A DNA stretch of 64,000 nucleotides, from the NCBI GenBank assembly GCA_038896535.1, contig JAWACY010000002.1, positions 128,001 to 192,000 on the forward strand. Reading direction: 5' to 3'. The notes under the pieces are model-generated. The model saw nothing but the letters and a program-made list of their open reading frames with translations. It searched no databases and was not told the DNA's origin. Source of the stretch: Candidatus Anstonellales archaeon. GTDB lineage: Archaea > Micrarchaeota > Micrarchaeia > Anstonellales > J096. Positions 1 to 9,820 of this stretch are shown here, piece after piece. The position numbers were made by a program, and so were the translations under genes. How positions within the stretch are numbered: the first letter of the stretch is position 1; each line of letters begins with the position of its first letter.

Positions 1-1689
1 AAAAAATTGAACGGATATGTAGAAGAGCTTAAAAAAGAAGTGCTGACAAACAAGATTTTTTTGAGCACTGATTATTATATGGCAATAGCCCATACAAGAT
101 GGGCTACACACGGAAAGCCAACAATGAAAAATGCACACCCTCATTTAAGTTGCAATAATGAAATTGCTATAGTACATAATGGGATAATAGAAAATTATGA
201 AGAAATAAAGGAGATGCTTATACATAAAGGCCATGTCTTTAATTCAGAAACTGATTCAGAAGTTATAGCACATTTAATAGAAGAGCATATGAAAAGCAAA
301 ACATTCATAGAAGCAACAAAAAAGGCATTAGAAATGCTTAAAGGAACTTATGGACTTGCAATTTTATCAAGTAAGCATGATTGCATAATATGCGCAAGAT
401 TAGCCAGTCCATTAAAAATAGGCGTTGCAAATCATGGCTTTTATATAAGTTCTGACGTTAATGCCTTAATAGGCAGGGCACAAAAATACCTTTCCTTGAA
501 TGATGGGCAGATTGCAATAATAAAAAGGGATTCTTACAAAATAGAAGGAAATGCTGAATTAAAGGCAATTTCATTTACAAAAGATGAAGTCTCAAAAGGA
601 GCTTTCCCAACTTATATGCTTAAAGAGATATTTGAACAAGAAAAAGCTGTCAGGATGGCATTGTCTGGAAAAAGCAACTTTGGCAGGCTTAAATTGCTTA
701 AAGAACAGATAAATAAGGGAAATGCTGAATATGGCCTTGGAGATATTGGCAGCATTAATGTTTCATACATGAAAAAAGTAAAGAGAATTGCATTGATAGG
801 AGCAGGCACATCTTACCATGCTTGTTTATTGGGCTCATATTTATTTAATTCCATAAATGATTTTGAAGCACATGCATTTCTATCATCAGAAGCGATAAAA
901 ACAATAAAGCCGCATTATGACCTATACATATTTATAAGCCAATCAGGAGAAACAGCAGATACGATTGAAGTATTAAGGCAAGTAAACAAAATGGGTAAGC
1001 CAACATTTGGCATATGCAATGTGCCTGGAAGCACAATAGCAGAAGAAACAATGGGGGGCAAATTTACCTATGCTGGCCCAGAGTTAAGCGTTGCTTCAAC
1101 AAAATCTTTTACAACACAGCTTGCAGTTCTATATCTCATGTATTTATACTTTAAAGCTGTTAATAATATTGATGTAGAGCAGGAATTAAAAGAACTTGAA
1201 AGACTGCCGGAAAAAATAGGAAAATGCATAATGGAAAATGATAAGAAAGCAAAAGATCTTGCATATGAAATAGGAAATTCAAATTATCTTATTTACATAG
1301 GAAGAAATTTATACTACCCAATAGCACTTGAAGGAGCATTGAAAATGAAGGAGATAGCTTATATTCCATGCATCGCATATGCAGGAGGGGAATTAAAACA
1401 CGGCCCATTAGCACTTGTTAATGAAAATACTAATGTCATAGCAATAAATCCTGAGAATGAAGCAAAGCATGAGATGGAAAGCAACATAAAAGAAGTTGAA
1501 GCAAGGAGGGGAAATATTATACTCATATCTGATCATAATGCTAATTTCAATTTGCCCAAAACAATGCCAGTATTTTATCCAATTCTCTCTATATTACCAT
1601 TACAACTCTTAGCACATCATACAGCTACAATAAAAGGGAATAACATTGATAAGCCAAGGAATTTAGCAAAAAGTGTTACTGTAAAATAA
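1..1689 (+). CDS. glmS: Glutamine-fructose-6-phosphate aminotransferase (5' end truncated by window)
   Basis: AHTRWATHG, VHNGIIEN, SETDSE, SQSGETADT, KHGP and C-terminal DKPRNLAKSVTV motifs; frame is open to base 1 and the N-terminal Cys lies upstream of the window. Confidence 0.97.
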   Translation, partial: KKLNGYVEELKKEVLTNKIFLSTDYYMAIAHTRWATHGKPTMKNAHPHLSCNNEIAIVHNGIIENYEEIKEMLIHKGHVFNSETDSEVIAHLIEEHMKSKTFIEATKKALEMLKGTYGLAILSSKHDCIICARLASPLKIGVANHGFYISSDVNALIGRAQKYLSLNDGQIAIIKRDSYKIEGNAELKAISFTKDEVSKGAFPTYMLKEIFEQEKAVRMALSGKSNFGRLKLLKEQINKGNAEYGLGDIGSINVSYMKKVKRIALIGAGTSYHACLLGSYLFNSINDFEAHAFLSSEAIKTIKPHYDLYIFISQSGETADTIEVLRQVNKMGKPTFGICNVPGSTIAEETMGGKFTYAGPELSVASTKSFTTQLAVLYLMYLYFKAVNNIDVEQELKELERLPEKIGKCIMENDKKAKDLAYEIGNSNYLIYIGRNLYYPIALEGALKMKEIAYIPCIAYAGGELKHGPLALVNENTNVIAINPENEAKHEMESNIKEVEARRGNIILISDHNANFNLPKTMPVFYPILSILPLQLLAHHTATIKGNNIDKPRNLAKSVTVK

Positions 1690-1748
1690 GAAAGTGAATA
1701 AGAAGGTAAATAAGAAAGATTTTTTAACCCTACTATTGAATGTTGGTT

Positions 1749-2522
1749 ATGGACAAAAAAAAGGTTGCTGAATACATAAAAGAAAGGCTTGAAAAACAAG
1801 GAGCTATGATATTCTCACTTATTGACCCTCTGGATTATAAAAATGAGGAAGAAATTTTTAGAACAGCAAAAAATTTGAATGAAGGAAATGTTGATTGCAT
1901 CCTTATTGGCGGCTCAATAGGTGTGCAGGGCCATTATTTAGATGAAATAATAAAAGGCATAAAAAGCATATCATCTATCCCTATTATCCTATTTCCAGGC
2001 AATATAGGGACATTAAGCCCATTTGCTGATGCTGTTTATTTTATGAGCTTATTAAATTCTAGAAATAATTACTGGATAACAAGGGCACAAATGCTTGCTG
2101 CTCCTGTTGTAAAAAAGATTGGCATAGAAGCATTATCTGTTGCTTATCTTGTTGTTGAGCCTGGTGGCTCTGTTGGCTTTGTAGGAGAAGTTGACCTATT
2201 ACCAAGAAGCAATTTAAAAGTTGCCAGCGCATATGCAATGGCTGCTGAAATAATGGGCTTTAAATATATCCTAACTGATGCTGGCAGCAATCCAGACAGG
2301 CATATTCCTTTGCCATTTATTAAAGCAGTAAGAAATTCCACTTCACTGCCATATATTGTTGCTGGCGGGATAAAAAAGCCGGAGCAAGCAAAATCTATTA
2401 TAGAAGCTGGTGCAGACATTGTGCAGATAGGAACAGCATTCGAGCAAGATAACGGCTTAGAAAAAATAAAAGCTTTTGTCAATGCAGTAAGAGAAGCAGG
2501 AAAAAAGAGAAAGCAGTATTAG
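1749..2522 (+). CDS. Geranylgeranylglyceryl phosphate synthase (PcrB family)
   Basis: LIDP, IGGS, ILFPG, FMSLLNS, DAGS, VAGGI motifs; ATG 1749 chosen over upstream TTG. Confidence 0.9.
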   Translation: MDKKKVAEYIKERLEKQGAMIFSLIDPLDYKNEEEIFRTAKNLNEGNVDCILIGGSIGVQGHYLDEIIKGIKSISSIPIILFPGNIGTLSPFADAVYFMSLLNSRNNYWITRAQMLAAPVVKKIGIEALSVAYLVVEPGGSVGFVGEVDLLPRSNLKVASAYAMAAEIMGFKYILTDAGSNPDRHIPLPFIKAVRNSTSLPYIVAGGIKKPEQAKSIIEAGADIVQIGTAFEQDNGLEKIKAFVNAVREAGKKRKQY

Positions 2523-2657
2523 GCTCGTATTAGGCTTATATTGTCAAGACTTTTAAATATCAAATGCGCTCATCTCTTCCGTGTTTATGCCTATTAAAAA
2601 TTAATGGTAAAAAATCAATCTAAAATCCTAACTGCAACAATTAATGCCTAATTGATT

Positions 2658-3323
2658 TTAGTTTAATCTTTCTGTTAGGGTTATATATGGGAATTCCTCT
2701 TGCAACATTTCATCTTCATCTCTTATGTAATCTAATGTTTCCAAGTCAGATTTTGCTTTGCCTGATAAGTCAAATAAATTCATTCTTGAAACGCCAGCGA
2801 GGACAAAACCAAAAACTTCTGTATTATCTTTCAATGCTTTTGCCTGCTCAATAATAGTTGTTTCGCTTTCCCCATGAGCTTCTTTTAATGCTTCTGTATT
2901 TTCTACTTTAATAACAAGCATTGCATTGAAGAACATATCTCTAAGCTTGCTAAAAGGAAATGAAAATATATTATTGGCTAAAGCATTTTTATCATCATTT
3001 TTACCGCCATTTTTATCATTTAATTTATTGTTATCATATACATAAAATTGGTAATATGGCAAATTTATGAGAACGCCTTTTTTCCTGTATGAATCCCTGC
3101 CTATTGGATAAAAAATTAGCAAATATTGCTCAAAAATTTCTTTGCCATTCAATGCATCTCCAAACTCATTAGGTGTTTTAATAGTTGCTTTCACTGCAAC
3201 AAAATCGCATTTTCTGAGTTTTTTTACCAACCCTTCATTGCCAGTTATTTGAATCTCAAAATAAGGTTTTTCTGCATTGCTTTTTTCTGCATTGTTTTTT
3301 TTATCCTTTAACATATCAACCAC
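2658..3323 (-). CDS. Hypothetical protein
   Basis: 221-aa ORF filling the gap; no recognisable motif; start uncertain. Confidence 0.6.
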   Translation of the reverse strand: MVDMLKDKKNNAEKSNAEKPYFEIQITGNEGLVKKLRKCDFVAVKATIKTPNEFGDALNGKEIFEQYLLIFYPIGRDSYRKKGVLINLPYYQFYVYDNNKLNDKNGGKNDDKNALANNIFSFPFSKLRDMFFNAMLVIKVENTEALKEAHGESETTIIEQAKALKDNTEVFGFVLAGVSRMNLFDLSGKAKSDLETLDYIRDEDEMLQEEFPYITLTERLN

Positions 3324-3375
3324 AATATAATTGTTATATTACGTATTTAAAAATGTTTCTACTATAAAAATTATT

Positions 3376-4119
3376 ATGACACTATGCATGGGATTTGGGC
3401 AAAATAAAGAAATAAAAAGGAGTGCTGAAAATGATAAGAATAATGAAGGGTATAAGATAAAAAGCAAAATAGCATCCTTTTATGGATTAAAGGATAAAAT
3501 AAATGGGGATAAAATAAATGGGGGAATGAATAGAATCAAAAGAATGCCAAGAGCATTTGCCATTGCTTATGCTATTTTATCTTCTCTTTCCTACATTAAT
3601 GGATTAAATTATTTGGCTAAATCAAATATGGACATTGCTTTTTATAATAGCATTGCAGGAATTAATTTAAATACAAGAACAACAAATTATGAAGAAATGG
3701 CAAGAAAAATAAAAGAAATAAGGGCTGATTTTTTAACTAACTCAATAGAGATGAAATTATTGAACAACATGAACAGACAGTTTAAAGAAGGAGAAAAAAT
3801 AAATTTAGATATTGACATCACAGCAGATAAAGATCTTTATATAATGGCTGCTCTTATAGTAATAGGTGGAGGAAGAATGGCATTAATTGTTAATAAAGAG
3901 GAAGAAAATAATTTAACTATAAGGATTTCATTCACAATAAGTAAAGGGTTAATAAAAGAAATTAATGGGCTTAAAGTTTTATACTTAAAACTTATTGTTA
4001 GCGGGGTCGATAAAGAATTATTAGCAAAAAAAAGTACTAATGAAAAAATAGATAATGAAAATATAGATAAAGAAGACGTTTTAATAAAGGTGTTTAATCT
4101 TGCCATACCATTAGCTTAA
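3376..4119 (+). CDS. Hypothetical protein with one hydrophobic segment
   Basis: Long ORF; hydrophobic stretch AFAIAYAILSSLSYI; start uncertain. Confidence 0.6.
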   Translation: MTLCMGFGQNKEIKRSAENDKNNEGYKIKSKIASFYGLKDKINGDKINGGMNRIKRMPRAFAIAYAILSSLSYINGLNYLAKSNMDIAFYNSIAGINLNTRTTNYEEMARKIKEIRADFLTNSIEMKLLNNMNRQFKEGEKINLDIDITADKDLYIMAALIVIGGGRMALIVNKEEENNLTIRISFTISKGLIKEINGLKVLYLKLIVSGVDKELLAKKSTNEKIDNENIDKEDVLIKVFNLAIPLA

Positions 4120-4180
4120 ATACAATTAGCTTATAGCACTAGTAGAGTTAAGTTTAAAAAACAAATTGAGAAAATGCTTT

Positions 4181-4759
4181 ATGCGAGATGTTGTTGTTGC
4201 AATATCAATATTATTAATAGTTGCTTTCATTATTAGCATATTGCTAATTTTTGCTACTGCAAAACAAACAGGCCAAATTTTAAGTGTGGAGAAACAATCA
4301 ATAGAGAACGCCATAATAGAAGACGCAAGCCAGAGATTCAGAGGGGCTGATATAATAGATATTGTAAAACTTACAAAAAAAGATAACAATGAGGTTGCAG
4401 TATTAAGAGTAACATATAATTATTCTTCAATATGCCCAAAAAGGGAGCATGTTTACTATTCTTATCCAGAAGGCAGGTTTTTGCCTCAATACCCAATAGA
4501 AGTAATAACATCTTGCGACTTATGCAGGAATAGCAATAATTGCTTAATCGCATATGAAGAGGAAGCAATCATTGCAAGCACAAATATTAAAGGCACTGAA
4601 AAACTTAGAGATTTCGTAATAAATGAAGGGGCCAGCCCGATACCAAAAAAGATAGGAGAAAATGTTTGGAAGGTTACATGGATCTCTGAAGATGGGAAGA
4701 TAGGCACGGCCAGCTTTACAAATAAAGGAGAGCTTATACAAGTTTCTGTTAGCTCTTAA
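4181..4759 (+). CDS. Membrane-anchored/secreted hypothetical protein
   Basis: N-terminal TM helix, four Cys, EEEAIIAS motif. Confidence 0.7.
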   Translation: MRDVVVAISILLIVAFIISILLIFATAKQTGQILSVEKQSIENAIIEDASQRFRGADIIDIVKLTKKDNNEVAVLRVTYNYSSICPKREHVYYSYPEGRFLPQYPIEVITSCDLCRNSNNCLIAYEEEAIIASTNIKGTEKLRDFVINEGASPIPKKIGENVWKVTWISEDGKIGTASFTNKGELIQVSVSS

Positions 4760-4778
4760 TTGCATTAAAGGTGGTAAA

Positions 4779-5885
4779 ATGATTGAATTAAAAGAACTGC
4801 CATTGGTAAAAGCAGATGAGCCATTATCTAAAGGCATTGCACTTTTATTAAAACCATCTCCGATTGTTGGTGTTTTAGAAGGCAATAACTTAATTGGGGT
4901 ATTAGATGACAGACATTTGAGCATAAGGGCAAAAGATGCTTCGCAGATAAAATGTTCCAGTGTTTCCATAAAGTGCCATAAAATAAAGAAAATCGGCAGC
5001 ATAGAGCATTTAATAAAAATTTTTGCTAACGAGCATTTCAAAGCACTTCCTGTTGTTGGAAAAGATAACAGGCCAGTTGGTTATTATTCAAGGAGCGAGA
5101 TATTAAAGGCAATTGTTGATAAAGGCCTTTTGCCAGATGTTAGCATAACAGATATTATGTCTGCTCCTATTTATACAATAGATTCAAATGCAACATTAGG
5201 AGAAGCAAAAGCAAGAATGAAAGAGCTGGGCGTAAAAAGATTGACAGTATTGGAGAATGGCAGATTAATTGGTGTCATATCAAGCTTTGATCTTATAGCA
5301 TTGAAAATAAAACCAAAACAAAGACAAAGCATGCAACTTGTAAAAGAAGTGAAAAATATTGAAAATACAAAAGTAAAAGAGCTTTTAAGAGAGCCATTGC
5401 TTATAGTAGCAAAAACAGATAGGCTTTATGATGTTGTAACAAAAATGTATGAAAAAAATGTTTCTTATGCATTAGTAGTTGAAAGCTTGGAAAAAAGAAA
5501 GCCAATTGGCATATTAACAGCAAGGGCGATATTCAAAAAAGTTTTAGAGAACATAGAAAAGCCAAAAACAAAAATAGAGATATCTGGATTAAAAGATAAA
5601 AATATGTGGGCCTTTGATGAGATAAAAGATGCATTTATGAAGTTGGCAGAAAAAATAAATAAAATAAAAAGCCTTGATAAAATATCAATAACAATCAAAG
5701 AAGGAAAAAGCACTTATCGTTATAATGTAGGGGTTTATTCAGAAGGCAAAATAGAGCATTTCCATTCAGAAGATGAAGAGCTTTTAATGGCTGCTTATAA
5801 AGTCATTGACATAATAAAAGCGCGGGCGTTAAAAGAAAAGGGAAGAAAACACTTAAGAAAACCGGCTGAAGAGGAATTTGAATGA
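4779..5885 (+). CDS. CBS-domain protein (two CBS pairs) with C-terminal HPF/RaiA-like domain
   Basis: CBS signatures (LPVV..VGYYSRSEIL, MSAPIYTI..LIGVISSFDL, PIGILTARAI); SD GGTGG; C-terminal ~95 aa has a beta-alpha-beta-beta-beta-alpha pattern. Confidence 0.85.
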   Translation: MIELKELPLVKADEPLSKGIALLLKPSPIVGVLEGNNLIGVLDDRHLSIRAKDASQIKCSSVSIKCHKIKKIGSIEHLIKIFANEHFKALPVVGKDNRPVGYYSRSEILKAIVDKGLLPDVSITDIMSAPIYTIDSNATLGEAKARMKELGVKRLTVLENGRLIGVISSFDLIALKIKPKQRQSMQLVKEVKNIENTKVKELLREPLLIVAKTDRLYDVVTKMYEKNVSYALVVESLEKRKPIGILTARAIFKKVLENIEKPKTKIEISGLKDKNMWAFDEIKDAFMKLAEKINKIKSLDKISITIKEGKSTYRYNVGVYSEGKIEHFHSEDEELLMAAYKVIDIIKARALKEKGRKHLRKPAEEEFE

Positions 5886-6307
5886 AAAAACATAGGGCAC
5901 AAGTTTCATTTGAATTGCTTGCTATTATCTTCTTTATTTTTGCATTATTTATCCCTATATTATATTTTTTTTACATAAGGTCTTCAGATATAACAAGGCA
6001 GGCATCAAATGATTATGCAAGTGCTTATTTAGATGCAATTTATTCAAATGCTTTATCTGTCTATCATGCTGGTAATGGCAGTTATGTCATAGCAGTCATA
6101 AATGTCCCGAATGGAATAAAGAATATTGCTATAAAAAATATAAACAGCATGCCAATATTACTTGTAATTGAAACTGAAGGCAGTAATATGACAAAGATCA
6201 TGCCAGCAAATACAACTATAGATGGAAAAGATAGATTGATATTGCCAGGAATAAGAGAGATAAACATAAGTTATGACGGAAATGCTATATTAATAAAGCC
6301 AAAATAA
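5882..6307 (+). CDS. Class III signal peptide (archaeal pilin-like) protein
   Basis: MKKHRA/QVSFE followed by a hydrophobic helix, Glu at +5. Confidence 0.8.
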   Translation: MKKHRAQVSFELLAIIFFIFALFIPILYFFYIRSSDITRQASNDYASAYLDAIYSNALSVYHAGNGSYVIAVINVPNGIKNIAIKNINSMPILLVIETEGSNMTKIMPANTTIDGKDRLILPGIREINISYDGNAILIKPK

Positions 6308-6344
6308 ACAGCAATAAATAAAAAAAGGCAGAATAAAATATTTT

Positions 6345-7610
6345 ATGGCAAGCGTTATAGCACTAATAGAAAAAAATAAAAAATTACTGATTGAATTACA
6401 TGAAAAGGATAAATCAATGTATTCAAATGCATTAACACTCCCAGGCGGGCATATAGAAAAGGGCGAAAACGAGGAGCAAGCATTAATAAGAGAAATGAAA
6501 GAAGAGCTTGACATTTTACCATTGAAATATAAAAAACTCGGCACATTCAAAGTAATAAAAGATTTTAACAATTATTCTTATGAGCATGTTTTTCACATAA
6601 CCTCATTTGAAGGCAAGATAAAAAAATTGTCAGCAAGCAATCTATTCTGGATAAATAAAAACATTGCTGAAAGTATGCTAGAATTAGAGCCAGATAAAAA
6701 TGCTGTTAGATTTCTATTCAAAAAGGGAAAACAAAGAGCATTAAAATGCTTTGGCATAGAATTCAAAACAAAAAATGTTTTTTTAGATTTTCATAAAAAA
6801 TATGGGCCAGTAACAGTAATAAAAGGGAAGAGAAACATTATGATAAAAAGCGGTGAAAAGCCGAAAAGTTCTGGTCTTTTTCTTGCATTTGAAACAGCAA
6901 AGAAAATGAAAAGTAATAAAGTTTATAAAGTTCTTGACATAGGCACTGGCAATGGAGCAGTTTTATTTGGCATATATGCATTTGCTGATATAGATTGCTA
7001 TTGCATAGAAAAGCATGCAGGTCCTTTAAAAGAATTAAAAACTAATGCTGAGATAAATAAATTGAGAAACATAAAAATAATAAGAAAAGATATAAATAAG
7101 GATATAAATTTAATAGAAAATAAGAATAAAACCTTCGATTTTATAACAAGCAATATAGCACAACTCCCATACAATGCTGGGATTATTAAAAAACTCAGAT
7201 TAAATAAAGAGAGCATAGATTATAATTTTGCTAAATCCAATGGCTGGCAAAATATAAAAAGCGTTTTGTCATTGTCAAAAAAAATATTGAATAAGGACGG
7301 AAAGTTAATGCTATTAATGTTTTCATTTTTAGGCACTTCTAAAAGAACTGGCAAAGAAAAATGTCTCATTGAATTAGCAAAAGACAATTTCTCATTTAGG
7401 CTATGTAATTCATATATAAGAAAGATAAGGGGCAATGGCATAACAGCATCTGCATTGCCAGCAATTGCAAAACACTACCCAAAAGCAGAATTTTTCTATT
7501 TGACAAAAAATGGAATTAAAAAATGCTATGCAAGAAAAGCATATAAAATGTTTTCTCATAATTTTCCATTATACACAAAAATGGAGGTCTGGGAGTTATG
7601 CAGAAGATAA
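6345..7610 (+). CDS. NUDIX hydrolase fused to class I SAM-dependent methyltransferase
   Basis: Nudix box GGHIEKGENEEQALIREMKEEL; MTase motif I VLDIGTGNG; motif IV-like FDFITSNIAQLP. Confidence 0.85.
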   Translation: MASVIALIEKNKKLLIELHEKDKSMYSNALTLPGGHIEKGENEEQALIREMKEELDILPLKYKKLGTFKVIKDFNNYSYEHVFHITSFEGKIKKLSASNLFWINKNIAESMLELEPDKNAVRFLFKKGKQRALKCFGIEFKTKNVFLDFHKKYGPVTVIKGKRNIMIKSGEKPKSSGLFLAFETAKKMKSNKVYKVLDIGTGNGAVLFGIYAFADIDCYCIEKHAGPLKELKTNAEINKLRNIKIIRKDINKDINLIENKNKTFDFITSNIAQLPYNAGIIKKLRLNKESIDYNFAKSNGWQNIKSVLSLSKKILNKDGKLMLLMFSFLGTSKRTGKEKCLIELAKDNFSFRLCNSYIRKIRGNGITASALPAIAKHYPKAEFFYLTKNGIKKCYARKAYKMFSHNFPLYTKMEVWELCRR

Positions 7611-8167
7611 TTTTTATTGGCGGAGCTTCAGGAGTAGGAAAGACAACATTTGCTAGAGAACTCGCAATTAAAAACAAAGCAGAATATTTGCACTTCTTCA
7701 AGTATTTTCATTCATTTTTTGGGAAGCCTGATAAAAAGCATTATTATGAATTATTGAATTATTTTACTCAAATACTAATAAAGCAATTAAAAGCATCTGA
7801 CAATGATGTTTTCATTGACATGCATTATGCTCTCCAGTTAGATAGCATAAATTGTTGGAGTAAAAGGGCAGTTGATCCAAATGCAAAGTTTTATCCAAGC
7901 CTAAAAAAGGAAAGCATAAAATTGTTAAAAAGTTATTTTGATGTCTATGCTATAATGTTATTAACTGGATATGGAAACATTGATAAAAGATTTGGCATTA
8001 GAAAAGAGCAATTCGAAAAAGAACAAGAAGGAGAGCTAGAGCAATATTTAAATCTACCATTGGAGAATGAAAGGAAATTAATGCTATTAAGGACTGATCT
8101 AAAATTTATGGCTCAACTTCTTCAATCGTATATTCTGGGAAAAAGGCTGGAAAATCAAATGATTTAA
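7598..8167 (+). CDS. P-loop nucleotide kinase (adenylate-kinase-like)
   Basis: IIFIGGASGVGKTT Walker A; VFIDMHYA resembles the archaeal AK DxH motif. Confidence 0.7.
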   Translation: MQKIIFIGGASGVGKTTFARELAIKNKAEYLHFFKYFHSFFGKPDKKHYYELLNYFTQILIKQLKASDNDVFIDMHYALQLDSINCWSKRAVDPNAKFYPSLKKESIKLLKSYFDVYAIMLLTGYGNIDKRFGIRKEQFEKEQEGELEQYLNLPLENERKLMLLRTDLKFMAQLLQSYILGKRLENQMI

Positions 8168-8714
8168 ACCTTTCATAATTTATTTCTTCTTTTTTCTTAT
8201 CATCTATTTTTGCTATTGTAACAACCTTCTTTTCTCTGTCCACATTTATTACTTCTAAACCAGCGAATTTAAAGAATGCTTTTATTTTTTCAATTTCATC
8301 TTTTATGACCTTTCTTAACTTAACTTTCACAATAACGCTCTTGCCAGCAAGTGGATGGTTAAAATCTATTGTCACTCTGCCAGCTTCTATTTTCTTAACA
8401 GTTCCTTGTATTGGTCCGTATGGCCCTTTAAATTCCAATGTCTGCCCTTCTCTTATATCAGCATTTGCAAAAGCAGATAGGGGATATGTCTTTACAAGGC
8501 TTAAATCTCTTTCCCCAAATGCTTCATGCTTGTTCAGCTCTTTTTCCATCTCTTGCCCTTCTTTAAGCCTGCCTATATCAATATCAATGGCATTGAATAT
8601 TGAATTATAACCATATATTATAAGCGCCCCTTGTTCTTTTGTTTCAATGCTTAAATCGCCATCTTTTTCTTTTATCTTGTAATCAACAACAAGAAAATCT
8701 CCAAATATTGCCAT
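8106..8714 (-). CDS. slyD: FKBP-type peptidyl-prolyl isomerase (SlyD-like)
   Basis: EAFGERD, GRVTIDFNHPLAGK motifs. Confidence 0.92.
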   Translation of the reverse strand: MAIFGDFLVVDYKIKEKDGDLSIETKEQGALIIYGYNSIFNAIDIDIGRLKEGQEMEKELNKHEAFGERDLSLVKTYPLSAFANADIREGQTLEFKGPYGPIQGTVKKIEAGRVTIDFNHPLAGKSVIVKVKLRKVIKDEIEKIKAFFKFAGLEVINVDREKKVVTIAKIDDKKKEEINYERFKSFDFPAFFPEYTIEEVEP

Positions 8715-8773
8715 TTTACCACCAATACATAATTAAAACATACGATTTTTAAATTCTCCTTAAAAATTCATTT

Positions 8774-9742
8774 ATGGATGCAAAAAAAGCTCTTGCTATC
8801 TTTATTGCATTAATATTACTTGGGGAAGCTTTATATTTAATATTTATAAATAATCAAAGAGTAAATATAGGCAACAATAATGAAGAACAAAGAGAGCTTT
8901 TTACTGCTATTATAAAAGCAAAAATAGTGAAGCTTGACAGGATAACAACAAAAAATAGCGATTTAGCAAATGCATTAAGTTTTTGCAACCAAAATAAAAT
9001 AATGGATGATTACATAATAAGCTGCCAAGAGCAGGGCAATTTGAGCAGTATTTTAAAAAATTTCGATGGTTTTAACAGCACTACATTCAGATATAAGATT
9101 AATACAGAGAAAGTCATTACAAAGGTAAGCCAAGGCAATTTCACGCAAGACATGGATATTACACTACCATATTACATAGAATTAAATGGAACAATAGAGC
9201 TTGAGGGCACAGCAACAATAATAAATGATTCAATATCAAGCATAAGTATAAACAGCATATACACAAAGAGAGACTTAATAAATGAGAGCGCTAAAGTGTT
9301 AGAATCAAAAATTATTAATTATTTATATTCAATACCATTTGATTATAGAAATATCATTCCAAAAAATAATGAATCAAATATTAATATTAGAAATGTTGTT
9401 TATACAAACATGACAAATATAGAAAAACCAGATTTTGTATCATTTGTTGGAGAAGGGTATATAATAGTAAATGACGCTGTTAATGCAGAAGAAGTAAAAA
9501 AGTATTACAAAGATGCTGTGATGCCAAATATCATTTATGAAACAAAAGAAAAGATTAATAATAATTATAATTTCAGTTATTCAATTTTATATAATCTAAC
9601 TTTAAACACAAGTATTGGGCTAATAAACACATCTTATAATAGCAATAAAACAATAAATGAGGGAGAATATTTAAACATATCAATTGATTTAATAAAGTCA
9701 GGCGATTTAATAATAAGTAAAAAATTAACAATTATTGGTTGA
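8774..9742 (+). CDS. Membrane-anchored surface glycoprotein-like protein
   Basis: N-terminal TM helix; 14 N-x-S/T sequons counted. Confidence 0.65.
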   Translation: MDAKKALAIFIALILLGEALYLIFINNQRVNIGNNNEEQRELFTAIIKAKIVKLDRITTKNSDLANALSFCNQNKIMDDYIISCQEQGNLSSILKNFDGFNSTTFRYKINTEKVITKVSQGNFTQDMDITLPYYIELNGTIELEGTATIINDSISSISINSIYTKRDLINESAKVLESKIINYLYSIPFDYRNIIPKNNESNINIRNVVYTNMTNIEKPDFVSFVGEGYIIVNDAVNAEEVKKYYKDAVMPNIIYETKEKINNNYNFSYSILYNLTLNTSIGLINTSYNSNKTINEGEYLNISIDLIKSGDLIISKKLTIIG

Positions 9743-9820
9743 TTTTATTAAGATTTTATTGTTTATTAAGATTTTATTGATGGCCACATTAATAATCAAT
9801 TTATTTAATAATTAAGTTAT

